In this document: positions 8,645-18,166 of the stretch, one piece after another
How positions within the stretch are numbered: position 1 is the stretch's first letter
Layout of the letters: each line of letters opens with the position of its first letter
Origin: a virus
DNA length: 64,000 nucleotides
Virus record (IMG/VR): IMGVR_UViG_3300025889_000073
Coordinates: 64,001-128,000 of that record
Strand: one strand, 5' to 3'
The notes under the pieces: model-generated
Told to the model about the DNA's origin: nothing
Databases searched by the model: none
The model's input: only the letters and a program-made list of their open reading frames with translations
Position numbers and translations under genes: made by a program

Positions 8645-9394
8645 TTAAAATGCACTTCCTAGTGGTAAAATTCTCGCAGCAGCAGAACCAAATAAAGATG
8701 TTGCAGCAGAAGCTAAATCAAAAGTGCCTTGATAAATTGTTTTATATCTCTGATAAGCAAACTGAACTGAAAGTCTATGAAAACTATCATCAGCCCAACT
8801 TAAAGATTGTGGTGCTATTCCAATGGGAAAAGCATCAATTAATTCTACAGCATGAATTTGCCTAACCAATTCATCATATTGAATAATTTTAATATTAGTT
8901 AGGTATCTTGTTGTGGAACCTTTTGCATATCTCAAATTGTTTGTGTCCGAAGGATGTATTGCTTCAATCCAACGGTCAAATAATTTTCTTTCAAAAAAAT
9001 CATTGGTACACAAAAAAGTTAAATTTGTGTCACCATAAGATGTCTGATATGGCACCTTAAATGTAGGACCATATATTTTAACATCAGATGTTTGTAATGT
9101 CTTTCCTGGAAATTCTGCACTCTCACATTGTAGAGCTAGATATCTAGACACGGAAGAATTTGATGTTCTTGATTGTTCGTCTTGAGCTCCCTGAGAACCA
9201 AAAGCTCCTCGTATAGCGTCTGTAACGTCATTAAAAACTGAATTGGGAAAATTCAATATCTTTTCTATAATTGAACTTCCAATAAAACTATTTACATATG
9301 GGGGTATTGGTAATAAAACTTCGAATCTATTTGGCCTTGCTAAACCATCTTTTGCTCGAATGTTTGATAAAAATAAGTTAGGTGAGAATGACAT
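8645..9394 (-). CDS. Tail-tube-fold baseplate/tail tube initiator (gp54/gp19-like)
   Basis: GLARPNRFEV, CESAEFPGK, KVPY..YGDTNLTF, ERKLFDRW, LIDAFP..I...L.W, L.VQFAY. Confidence 0.75.
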   Translation of the reverse strand: MSFSPNLFLSNIRAKDGLARPNRFEVLLPIPPYVNSFIGSSIIEKILNFPNSVFNDVTDAIRGAFGSQGAQDEQSRTSNSSVSRYLALQCESAEFPGKTLQTSDVKIYGPTFKVPYQTSYGDTNLTFLCTNDFFERKLFDRWIEAIHPSDTNNLRYAKGSTTRYLTNIKIIQYDELVRQIHAVELIDAFPIGIAPQSLSWADDSFHRLSVQFAYQRYKTIYQGTFDLASAATSLFGSAAARILPLGSAF

Positions 9395-9973
9395 TTAAAA
9401 TTTCTTCCTTGAGTCTGACCATACCTTACTGTTGCTAGCACCAGAGAAATTTTCAGCTGGTAAGAATGAAGCAATGTCCCATTCGTTAGATTTTATTTCT
9501 AAAAATCTCGATTTGACATGAGTAAAGTAGTATCGTTTTATGCATGGTCCTTTTTCAAACATTTTGGACGATGCTTTTAGAAAGGGATAACTTAACATCA
9601 ATTTTGTATTTTCATCATAGTCTTTATCTGAAATTACTTCACTCAATTTGTCCAAAAAAATGATTCGTTGCTTTGGGTGTATGTAATGTAAATTTAACCC
9701 TAAAAAACCGTCTGAGTACTGTTCTATTGGTATGACCAATGGGAACCTGTCGTAATATGGCAACGAATCTTTTAACTTTGGATTATAAAAGAAAAAATAC
9801 ATTTTACCAATAATTGTGTTTGCCCTAAGTCTGGCCTTATCGTTAATCAAATTCCTTGGGTTCGCAGACAAATTCTTGACCTGCGTTTGAAGCCATCTCC
9901 TCGCTGCGTTGGACCGCTCCGAGAGACCTTCTTTTGCAAGAGATTGTTGAATTCTATCGATAAGTTTTGCCAT
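9395..9973 (-). CDS. gp2: gp2 DNA end protector protein
   Basis: GKMYFFFYNPK.KD.LPYYDRFPLV, GFLGLNLHY, CIKRY, EWDIASFLP, VW.DS. Confidence 0.93.
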   Translation of the reverse strand: MAKLIDRIQQSLAKEGLSERSNAARRWLQTQVKNLSANPRNLINDKARLRANTIIGKMYFFFYNPKLKDSLPYYDRFPLVIPIEQYSDGFLGLNLHYIHPKQRIIFLDKLSEVISDKDYDENTKLMLSYPFLKASSKMFEKGPCIKRYYFTHVKSRFLEIKSNEWDIASFLPAENFSGASNSKVWSDSRKKF

Positions 9974-9978
9974 GTTAC

Positions 9979-9986
9979 TATTTATC
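9979..9986 (-). promoter_or_regulatory. T4-type late promoter (GATAAATA) for gp2
   Basis: Matches NATAAATA late consensus, 5 nt upstream of the gp2 ATG. Confidence 0.65.
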
Positions 9987-10418
9987 TCAAATGCCTAAGT
10001 CTTTTTCGGTTATGACTTTGAATTGCCAGCCGTGTTCTTTACAAAACAAATCTGCTGCTCTCCATTTTTCTTGATTTATGGCATATGTCACAGTTTCTTC
10101 AATATATTGTTTAGTTTTTCTTCTTTTTTCTGGTCTTTTAGTTTGTTTCTCAGGTTTGACTTCTAACATCATAGTTATTTCTTTTCCTTGTTTATTTACA
10201 ACCTTTGTTATAAAATCTGGAAAGTAACGATGAGGTTTATTATCTACAGGTGAAATATAAGTTACATACAATTCTTCTGAAGCCCACCATTTAACATTTG
10301 GGTTTTCGTCCAAATATTTCATTACACGAACTTCCCAAGTTGACCGAAATATGATATTATTTGGGTCACCGTTGTATTTGTGTGGGTTTTTAGGTAAAAA
10401 TCTTCCTTTGTATGACAT
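9987..10418 (-). CDS. gp4: gp4 head completion nuclease (TnsA-like PD-(D/E)xK fold)
   Basis: MSYKGRF.PKNP.KY.GDP..IIFRSTWE, WASEE, HRYFPDF, LEVKP..QT, NQEKW.AA, F.VITEK.L. Confidence 0.93.
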   Translation of the reverse strand: MSYKGRFLPKNPHKYNGDPNNIIFRSTWEVRVMKYLDENPNVKWWASEELYVTYISPVDNKPHRYFPDFITKVVNKQGKEITMMLEVKPEKQTKRPEKRRKTKQYIEETVTYAINQEKWRAADLFCKEHGWQFKVITEKDLGI

Positions 10419-10423
10419 AAATA
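10416..10423 (+). promoter_or_regulatory. T4-type late promoter (CATAAATA) for the gp48 operon, overlapping the gp4 start codon
   Basis: NATAAATA match at the divergence point, upstream of SD AGGA and ATG 10451. Confidence 0.65.
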
Positions 10424-10450
10424 ATATATATTTCACCTTATAGGACTACT

Positions 10451-11743
10451 ATGGCTCTTTTCGGATTTTCAGACATATCTTTCAATAAAGGCACATCAGA
10501 TAGAAAAGGGCCTTTAGCTCCATTAACTTATAGTGCTTTTGAGAGAACGACACTACGTTATCCTTTAGATGTTGGTAATTATGATAAGGCACATTATATT
10601 ATGTTCTATATCAGAGAACAAAAAAACACTTCTTATAGTAGAGGCTCTGTTGATGAAAATTGGTTAAATTCTTCTGGTAGTGTAAATGCTGTCAATTCAC
10701 CAACAACCACAAATCAATTTGGTTCTTCTTTTGGTGGAGAAATTGTCAATAAAATTAATAGTGGTTTAGATTCGATTAATAATGCAACAGGCGGCCAATT
10801 AACAAAATTGACATCGGCTTTAGGTAAAGCTGCTTCTGGTATTGTGGGAGATATTAATAATGTTTTTGGCCAAGCAAATATAAAAATTGGTGGAAATTCC
10901 TCACAAACAACAACAGTTATTGATAATTCTATCAAAAAAATTACTGGAGGAGGGATAAAAGAACTTCGTACAACACAACTAACCAAAGACGCAATTGCTC
11001 TTTATATGCCAGACACCTTAGTTTTTAATTATTCCCAAAGTTATGACCAATTAAATCTTGGTGGAGAACTTGGCGGTCAAGTATTGGGTGCCGGCAAAGC
11101 TGCGGCGGATGCTTATGAGCAAGGCGGTGCTAAAAATGCTGCTGGGTCTATTGGTAAAAGTGCTTTAGAATCATTCAAACAAAAATTAGGAGCTGGAATA
11201 GCCAAAGCTTTAGGTTCAGATCAAACAGGCCAAGCTATTTTAGCTGCAACCGGCCGTGTTCAAAATCCAATGTTAGAAATGATTTATAAGTCTCCTAATT
11301 TTAGAAATTTTCAGTTTGATTTTCTTTTTTATCCTAGAGATGAAAAAGAAGCTTTAGAAGTTCAAAGAATTATTGAACGGTTAAGGTTTCATCAAGCACC
11401 AGAAATATTAAAAGGCACTGGAGGTTTCTTAGTTCCTCCTTCGGAGTTTGATATTCGTTTTTATTATGGCGGCAGAGAAAACCCCAACATTCCACAAATT
11501 GCAACTTGTGTTTTAACTACAATTGATGTTAACTATGCGCCAAATGGTCATGCAACATATGAAATTCCTGGTGAAAATTCTCCTGCATTAGGTAGAACTG
11601 GTATGCCTGTTGCAATACAACTGACACTACAATTTCAAGAAGTCACTTATCTCACAAAATCAGATTTTAGAGATGATTTGGCTCAAACAGATACTTTGTC
11701 ATCTTCAGCTTCGACAAACGATTCTGATATGTATTACGGATAA
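10451..11743 (+). CDS. gp48: gp48 baseplate tail tube cap
   Basis: LRYP, IALYMP, NPMLEMIYKSPNFRNFQFDF.FYPR, PSEFDI, CVLT.I.VNYAPNG, L.FQE. Confidence 0.9.
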   Translation: MALFGFSDISFNKGTSDRKGPLAPLTYSAFERTTLRYPLDVGNYDKAHYIMFYIREQKNTSYSRGSVDENWLNSSGSVNAVNSPTTTNQFGSSFGGEIVNKINSGLDSINNATGGQLTKLTSALGKAASGIVGDINNVFGQANIKIGGNSSQTTTVIDNSIKKITGGGIKELRTTQLTKDAIALYMPDTLVFNYSQSYDQLNLGGELGGQVLGAGKAAADAYEQGGAKNAAGSIGKSALESFKQKLGAGIAKALGSDQTGQAILAATGRVQNPMLEMIYKSPNFRNFQFDFLFYPRDEKEALEVQRIIERLRFHQAPEILKGTGGFLVPPSEFDIRFYYGGRENPNIPQIATCVLTTIDVNYAPNGHATYEIPGENSPALGRTGMPVAIQLTLQFQEVTYLTKSDFRDDLAQTDTLSSSASTNDSDMYYG

Positions 11744-11755
11744 AGGACTTAAAAT

Positions 11756-12403
11756 ATGGCAAAGTATTTTAATTATTTTCCAAAAACATTTTATTCAGCA
11801 AATACGGAAAATAATAATTTAGAAACAGTAACAAATATAATTTCTAGAATTAATTTTTTAGAAAATGTTAAAAAAGAATCTACTGTGTTTTATGAATATG
11901 AGGTGCGTGATGGCGACACCCCAGAAATTATTGCTGGAAAATATTATGATAATCCAGAGAGACATTGGATTGTTTTGATGTTTAATGATATCATTGACCC
12001 ACAATTTGATTGGCCTTTATCGTACAATACGTTTATTAATTTTGTTGATAAAAAATATACAGACAGGGGAGCTGCAAATACAACTCCTCAAACCGGATTG
12101 GCTTGGGCAATGAATAATAATAATGTACACTCTTATTATTACACAAAAGAAAGAACCAATTCTGACGGAAAAACAATAACTGAAATTCTTCAAGTTGACG
12201 CCAATACATATGCAAATGTAACTGTTTCATCAAATAATTATACACTAGGTGACGGAACAACAATTACGGAAACAACAACCAAAAATACAAAAACTTATTT
12301 TGAATATGAAAATGAATTGAATGAAAGTAAGAGAAAAATAAAATTAATTAAACGAGATTATATACAACAGATTGAAAAAGAAATGAAGAAGAACATCAAA
12401 TGA
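11756..12403 (+). CDS. gp53: gp53 baseplate wedge subunit
   Basis: YF.YFP, GDTPEIIA.KYY...HWIVLMFNDIIDP.FDWP, YE..LNESKRKIKL. Confidence 0.92.
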   Translation: MAKYFNYFPKTFYSANTENNNLETVTNIISRINFLENVKKESTVFYEYEVRDGDTPEIIAGKYYDNPERHWIVLMFNDIIDPQFDWPLSYNTFINFVDKKYTDRGAANTTPQTGLAWAMNNNNVHSYYYTKERTNSDGKTITEILQVDANTYANVTVSSNNYTLGDGTTITETTTKNTKTYFEYENELNESKRKIKLIKRDYIQQIEKEMKKNIK

Positions 12404-13737
12404 CGTTTAACATTAAAAAATCGACTCAATTTAAGATTAATGAATTGGTAATTGTTTCTAAGGCTGGAAACATTGATATATCTGGAATATTTGAAGAAAT
12501 AAGTTTTTATGATTCTCTTTTTTCTCCTGTTAGAAGTGGTAAAATATTAATCAAAGATTCGATTGGTTTGTCTGGTAAATTGTTATTTGATGGTTCTGAA
12601 GCTTTATTGGTAGAAATTGTTAAATCGGAAAATTCTGATATTGCTTCATTTAGAAAATCATATAGAATTTATAAACAATCAAAAAGAAAAAATAGTGGTT
12701 TGAATAGTGAATCGTATTTGTTACATTTTGTTTCCGATGAATTTATATTTTCAAAACAACAAAAAATAAATCAGTCTTATGATAGTACATATTCAAAAGT
12801 TGTTGAAAAGCTATTAACAAATTATTTACAGGTGCCAAGGTCAGCTCTTACTGGTATTTTTGAGCCCACTTATGGAATTAGAAATATTGTTATACCAAAT
12901 TTATCACCTTTGAATGCTATCGAATGGTGTGCTAAACGAGCTGTTGACCAAAATCAAGCTCCAAATTTTTTGTTTTTTGAAAATTATTCTGGATATAATT
13001 TTGCTACACTTTCTACATTATTGACACAAACAGATATATTGGACATCAAATTTGAACCTAAAAATCAATCAAAAACAAATTCATTAAATGAAATGTCATC
13101 AGCTAGAGCTTTTCAAGTTGTTCAACAAAACGATACATTGAAAAAAATATCTGAAGGTGTTAATGCTGCTCAATTTGTTGGTTTTGATCCTATAACTGGT
13201 ATAACAGCTAAAAAACAAATAAGTTTTGGAGATGTATTCAATTCGATGAAACATGGAAACGATACACCCAATTTTTCTTCTCTAGTTAATAGAGCTGGTG
13301 TAGATTTTCAACAAGCATTTGGTTCTAAAAAAGTTGTTGGTTCTTTTGAAGCTGCACAACAATTAAGTGAATACATCAAACAAAAAACTCCAGAAATTAT
13401 TTCAAAATTAGACAATATGGAAAGTTATATCATTCAGAGAACTTCTATAATTAGTAATTTAATGTCAAAAAGATTGAAAATTGTTATGCCTGGAAATTTT
13501 CAACTTTCTTCAGGTTTTAATGTCAATGTTACCGCTCCATCATTTTCGAAAAAGGCTGTTGGTGAGGATAACGAAGACCCTTCTTTGAGTGGTAAATATA
13601 TAATTACATCATCTAGACAAATTATTGGTTACGACAAACACGAAACGATTATTGAAGTTGCTACAACATCTACAAATAATCCTTTTGTACCTTCAAGTAA
13701 CCCAACACAAACAAGAGAAATTTTAACATACGTTTAA
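12400..13737 (+). CDS. Baseplate hub subunit (gp27-like)
   Basis: Between gp53 and gp5; YDSLFSP..SGKI.I.DS, IPNLSPL.AI.W, FLFFEN..GYNF, PGNF.L..G, LSGKYII. Confidence 0.65.
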   Translation: MTFNIKKSTQFKINELVIVSKAGNIDISGIFEEISFYDSLFSPVRSGKILIKDSIGLSGKLLFDGSEALLVEIVKSENSDIASFRKSYRIYKQSKRKNSGLNSESYLLHFVSDEFIFSKQQKINQSYDSTYSKVVEKLLTNYLQVPRSALTGIFEPTYGIRNIVIPNLSPLNAIEWCAKRAVDQNQAPNFLFFENYSGYNFATLSTLLTQTDILDIKFEPKNQSKTNSLNEMSSARAFQVVQQNDTLKKISEGVNAAQFVGFDPITGITAKKQISFGDVFNSMKHGNDTPNFSSLVNRAGVDFQQAFGSKKVVGSFEAAQQLSEYIKQKTPEIISKLDNMESYIIQRTSIISNLMSKRLKIVMPGNFQLSSGFNVNVTAPSFSKKAVGEDNEDPSLSGKYIITSSRQIIGYDKHETIIEVATTSTNNPFVPSSNPTQTREILTYV

Positions 13738-13738
13738 T

Positions 13739-14602
13739 ATGAGTACAGAAAACCCAGCATTTACTTGGTGGACAGGCTTTGTAGAAAATAGACAAGACCC
13801 TTTAAAAATGGGTCGTTGTCAGGTTAGGTGCGTTGGTTGGCATTCCGAAAACAAATCAGAATTACCAACAGTTAATTTGCCTTGGGCAACACCATTATTA
13901 CCAATAAACAATCCAACACCTTATTCACCAAAAGAGGGTGATATGGTTTTTGGTTTCTTTACTGATGGTGAAAATGCCCAACAACCAGTTATGATGGGAA
14001 TATTTCCTAGAATTCCTTTGAAAGAAGGCAATCCTAACGAAGCATTCCAGGACCCAAGAACATCTGGAGAATTGTCATCAGCCCCAGTCAAGCCAAACGA
14101 GTCTCCAACGAATTACCCAAGGCGTCTTGATGAACCGACTACATCACGCTTGGCAAGAAACGAGGAGATTACGGATTCGATTGTTTCCTTAAAGAAAGAA
14201 AAGAAACTTGGTAAAGTAGAACCGGACCCTTATTATTCGGCACAATACCCATATAACAATGTATATGAATCCGAATCTGGCCACGCTTTGGAGTTTGATG
14301 ATACTCCAAATGCCGAAAGAATTCATTTATATCACAGGTCGGGTTCATACATTGAAATGGCCGCAAACGGTGACAGAACGGAAAGAATACAAAGAGATAA
14401 ATTCGAAGTTGTTGTCGGTAACGAACAAGTATATGTTAAAGGTGATGTAACTGTTTATGTTGATGGAAATGTTAATATGGATATTGGAGGTAATGCTAGT
14501 ATGAAAGTTGGAGGAAATTTTAATGCAAATATTGGAGGAACTTGTGATATTACTTCTGGTGGAAATATGAAACTTAAAGCTCCTAGGATAGATTTGAATT
14601 GA
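13739..14602 (+). CDS. gp5: gp5 central spike (OB-fold plus beta-helix), lacking a lysozyme domain
   Basis: WWTGFVENRQDPLKMGRCQVRCVGWH, LPWA, YPYNNV.ESESGH..EFDDTP.AERI...HRSG, VxG repeats, ends IDLN. Confidence 0.93.
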   Translation: MSTENPAFTWWTGFVENRQDPLKMGRCQVRCVGWHSENKSELPTVNLPWATPLLPINNPTPYSPKEGDMVFGFFTDGENAQQPVMMGIFPRIPLKEGNPNEAFQDPRTSGELSSAPVKPNESPTNYPRRLDEPTTSRLARNEEITDSIVSLKKEKKLGKVEPDPYYSAQYPYNNVYESESGHALEFDDTPNAERIHLYHRSGSYIEMAANGDRTERIQRDKFEVVVGNEQVYVKGDVTVYVDGNVNMDIGGNASMKVGGNFNANIGGTCDITSGGNMKLKAPRIDLN

Positions 14603-14603
14603 T

Positions 14604-14900
14604 ATGCCAGCAGTCGTTAGAGTTGGTAGTGATACGCACATAGGCCACGCATCACCGACACCAAATCCTTTTCACAAAACAGCCTATGCATCAGGTTCTT
14701 CTGATGTTTTCACAAATAGTAAATCAACAGTAAGAGTTGGAGATGTAACTGGTTGTGGTGACCCAGCAACATCAGGTTCACCTACTGTTTATGTAAATGG
14801 TATACCCGTTCATAGAAAAGGCGATTCTACTGGAGGACATGGCTCTTGGCCAGGCAATGCTGCATCATCTGGCTCAGGAAATGTATTTGCAAATGGCTAA
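14604..14900 (+). CDS. PAAR-repeat spike tip (gp5.4-like)
   Basis: MPAVVRVG, GS.DVF.N, RVGD..GCG, GSPTVYVNG.P.HR.GD, GSGNVFANG; follows gp5. Confidence 0.9.
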   Translation: MPAVVRVGSDTHIGHASPTPNPFHKTAYASGSSDVFTNSKSTVRVGDVTGCGDPATSGSPTVYVNGIPVHRKGDSTGGHGSWPGNAASSGSGNVFANG

Positions 14901-15828
14901 ACCAGATTATTTTCAAATATCGACCCACTTAGAAGGTTTAAAAAATATAGTTTTACCTTCTTATTATGCGGGAAATGTTAATAGTGTTAATGGATGGTCA
15001 AATGTTATTACTTGGTCAAATACTTATGGTGAAATTCCTTATAATTTTATATATGTCCAAACCACTTATGGAGGAGTTAGAAACCACGGTACCGGTAGTG
15101 GCAGCCAAACCGACGCCGTTGCCTCGGAGCCAGGTTCAACCAGATATTTTAAATTTGGAGATAGTGGTCTTGATAGATATATTACTTTTAATGCTTATGA
15201 TTATATTGATACAATCAAATATTATTTTATTGCTGGTGATAGTTCCAATGGCTTGGAAAAGCCTGACGCCGGTGAAAATATAGTTATTGAAGTGAGTGCT
15301 GATGGCGGTGTTAATTGGACTATAGCAAATACAATTTATGATACTACCTTGATGACATCCTGGACTGAAGTTACTGATGTTATATCTGTTAGTGTTACTC
15401 CAACAGTTGGAATGAATGTTAGGTTTAGACAAGTTAATTCAAGTGGCAACAACTTTGACTGTTATGGTTTAGATAATGTTAGGTTCTATTCTAATGGAAC
15501 TGAAATTATGATGCAGAATTTTGAACCAGAATTTGGTTGGACGAATGTTATTACTGGATCGACGGAAATTTCTATTTCTGTAAATAATGAAATAAAAATT
15601 CAAGAAACAAACGATTATATAAATTCAAATTTAATATTGCTTTACACTTTTACTGAAGAATTGACTGATGAAGAAAGAGGACTTTTTGATTATGTTTCTC
15701 CCGATTATGTTTCTGTTAATCCTGGCACAGGAACAGATATTTACATTTCCGATGAATACTATCCTTTTGACAATACGGTTAAAGCAAATAGCTATGTTGG
15801 AGTATATTATGATGAGAGGACATTCTAA
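14893..15828 (+). CDS. Virion protein with an inserted reelin-like (Asp-box) domain
   Basis: Start MAKPDY overlaps the PAAR end; NGLEKPDAGENIVIEVSADGGVNW..VRFRQ..SG..FD.YGLDNV; WSN/WTN flanks. Confidence 0.6.
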   Translation: MAKPDYFQISTHLEGLKNIVLPSYYAGNVNSVNGWSNVITWSNTYGEIPYNFIYVQTTYGGVRNHGTGSGSQTDAVASEPGSTRYFKFGDSGLDRYITFNAYDYIDTIKYYFIAGDSSNGLEKPDAGENIVIEVSADGGVNWTIANTIYDTTLMTSWTEVTDVISVSVTPTVGMNVRFRQVNSSGNNFDCYGLDNVRFYSNGTEIMMQNFEPEFGWTNVITGSTEISISVNNEIKIQETNDYINSNLILLYTFTEELTDEERGLFDYVSPDYVSVNPGTGTDIYISDEYYPFDNTVKANSYVGVYYDERTF

Positions 15829-18165
15829 ATGACAATAACATTTAGAAAAGATAAAAAATATCCTTTAACTTATCCAGAAATGGATGAGAATTTTCGTGAT
15901 TTATTGGAAGATACAGACCTACAGAGAGTTACTGAAAATGGCGCCGAGGCTAATATTGGATTTTCAGCAAATAATGTTGTTGTAAGTAATACTGTTATTA
16001 GATATGGAGCAGATTATTATACAGACACATTTTCAATTTCGGAACTACGTTCTGATAATGATATAATAGAACTTGTTGATGATAAGATAAGAGGTACACA
16101 ACAAGGTCAAATTGCTGCAAACGGTTCTGTTATACAAACAGTTTACACCAATATTAATGATATAACACAACAATTGAATTCTTCTGAAATTTTAATAGAA
16201 TCTTTTAACACATCAATATCTCAAAAAAATTTTTTGAGCCGTTATAAAAGTAAAATAAAGGTTGAAATTGATTTAAAATATGAACCTTCTAATTTTGATT
16301 TAAGTTTTCCATATGTAATAATTGTTACCAGAAATGGAAAAGAGGTTTATCGTTCAACACAAAAAATTATTCATACGACAAACATCAATAATTCTCCACC
16401 TATAGTTCCTTCAGTATATAATGAAAAAATATTATTTGATGATTTTATTAATCAGAGAACTGAAAAATGTGATTATAAATTATATTTCAAATTTGAATTT
16501 GATGGCGCATCTGACACTATTTTTACTAACCAAGATTTGATTACGGACATTTCAGCATCCACTAGAATTTGGGATGATATAGAATATGGAGAAAATGTAC
16601 ATATTATAAGAGCTGGAAAACTTTATGGATGGGGTAATAATCATTATGGTCAATTGGGTACAGACGATACTATTTACAGGTCTCTACCAACACAGATAGG
16701 GACGGATACAAATTGGGAAAAAATTGATACAAATGGAATGGCTTCTTTTGGACTTAAAACTGATGGTACAATATGGGTTTGGGGAGCTACTGGTGTTGTT
16801 TCTGGAAATGTTTCTTCTCCTGTTCAAGTTGGAACAGAAACCGATTGGCACATTATAGAGATGACAAAAAGGCCTTACCAATTTGCAGATAATGAAAAAA
16901 ACAGTTTCTTCTGTATTCGTGAGTCTGATGGAAAGCTTTTTAGTTTTGGATCCAATTTAAACGGAATATTAGGAACTAATGATACTGTCGATAGGTCATT
17001 ACCCACACAAATTGGTCCCACTGGTTCATCGGATTGGTGTCGCCAGATTGAAGCTATAAACGGCACCAACATTTTGGCCTGGAAACCAGCAGCTGCCGCA
17101 ACAATTTGGAGTAGGAATATTAGTAATATTCCCAATGATTCAAATTCTGATCTATATTACTCTGCTTGGAACGGTTCTTTTAGTCTCTTTGCTTGGGGAA
17201 ATAATAAAAGTTCTAAATTTTATCCTTATGTTAGTTCAACTTGGCCAATCGATAGTTATAAAAGTTCTCCGGTAAATGTGGGAAGTGGTTTTGTCGATAC
17301 TTCTCTTTTTCAAATAGATTATGCTGTGAATGACCCAGACGGCAGCGGACCTCTTAGACTTAGTAGACACAATAAATCTTTTTCTATTAGTGATAATTAT
17401 TCTTTATTTTTAAGGAAAGCAAGAAGATTTGACCTTTATAATATACCTTATGGTTATTATATGGAGCCCCATTTTCAAGGAGATAACTCTTTAGAACAAG
17501 TTGTTGCATATTCATCTCGGGAAATAAGCTACTGGGACGCAGATTTATTAGAAAATAATGGCACGAATGGATATAGTTCTCCTGTAAATATTGGTTCACA
17601 TTGGTTTATAACTGATTTTGATGATTATTTTGGTTATGATGCTGACATCGGTGAAGCAGTTCATAAAATAGAAGATGCTACTGTTGGGTTTTTAAGTGTA
17701 CATTCTACACTTGCAAATTCTTTTGTACTTTCTGAAAACAATCATTTATATCCTTTAGGTACATCTGGTGGAATTCAATTTGGGTGTACCGGCCGAGGAC
17801 TATCCGAAGAAAATTACTCATTATTTCAAAACACAAAAAAAGTTTCATTTGATGATTTTTTTATGAACGAAAAAATAGAAAAAGTTGAATGTAATTCACA
17901 ACAAGTGGAAGTTTTGATACTAACAAATTTGGGAAATATATATGGTTTTGGTCACTTCAATAAACACTTATGGAAAGACGTTTATGAACTTTCTTCAGGA
18001 AAAACTTGGCCACAAACTCTTAATGGTGAAATATTGGAAGATGAGGAGTATCCTAAGTTTAATAAACCTGAATTAATACTTAGTAGATTTACTTCTGTTA
18101 ATGCTGATGAACCATCAATAACATTTAAACACAGTTCTATAACACTAATGGAAACAGTATATTAA
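15829..18165 (+). CDS. Tail-fibre/adhesin-like protein with RCC1/BLIP-II repeats
   Basis: N-terminal R..K..PLT..EMDENFRDL anchor; repeats such as GKLYGWGNNHYGQLG..RSLPTQIGTDTNW and DGTIWVWG..SSPVQVG. Confidence 0.75.
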   Translation: MTITFRKDKKYPLTYPEMDENFRDLLEDTDLQRVTENGAEANIGFSANNVVVSNTVIRYGADYYTDTFSISELRSDNDIIELVDDKIRGTQQGQIAANGSVIQTVYTNINDITQQLNSSEILIESFNTSISQKNFLSRYKSKIKVEIDLKYEPSNFDLSFPYVIIVTRNGKEVYRSTQKIIHTTNINNSPPIVPSVYNEKILFDDFINQRTEKCDYKLYFKFEFDGASDTIFTNQDLITDISASTRIWDDIEYGENVHIIRAGKLYGWGNNHYGQLGTDDTIYRSLPTQIGTDTNWEKIDTNGMASFGLKTDGTIWVWGATGVVSGNVSSPVQVGTETDWHIIEMTKRPYQFADNEKNSFFCIRESDGKLFSFGSNLNGILGTNDTVDRSLPTQIGPTGSSDWCRQIEAINGTNILAWKPAAAATIWSRNISNIPNDSNSDLYYSAWNGSFSLFAWGNNKSSKFYPYVSSTWPIDSYKSSPVNVGSGFVDTSLFQIDYAVNDPDGSGPLRLSRHNKSFSISDNYSLFLRKARRFDLYNIPYGYYMEPHFQGDNSLEQVVAYSSREISYWDADLLENNGTNGYSSPVNIGSHWFITDFDDYFGYDADIGEAVHKIEDATVGFLSVHSTLANSFVLSENNHLYPLGTSGGIQFGCTGRGLSEENYSLFQNTKKVSFDDFFMNEKIEKVECNSQQVEVLILTNLGNIYGFGHFNKHLWKDVYELSSGKTWPQTLNGEILEDEEYPKFNKPELILSRFTSVNADEPSITFKHSSITLMETVY

Positions 18166-18166
18166 T

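Noticed and set aside
9987-10418. TnsA-like endonuclease suggesting a Tn7 or mobile element
   Set aside because: It is the core T4-like gp4 in its normal gp2/gp48 context; no transposon ends or other Tns genes are present.
14797-14892. Upstream extension of the 343-aa ORF
   Set aside because: It overlaps the PAAR gene in another frame; MAKPDY at 14893 is the more plausible start.
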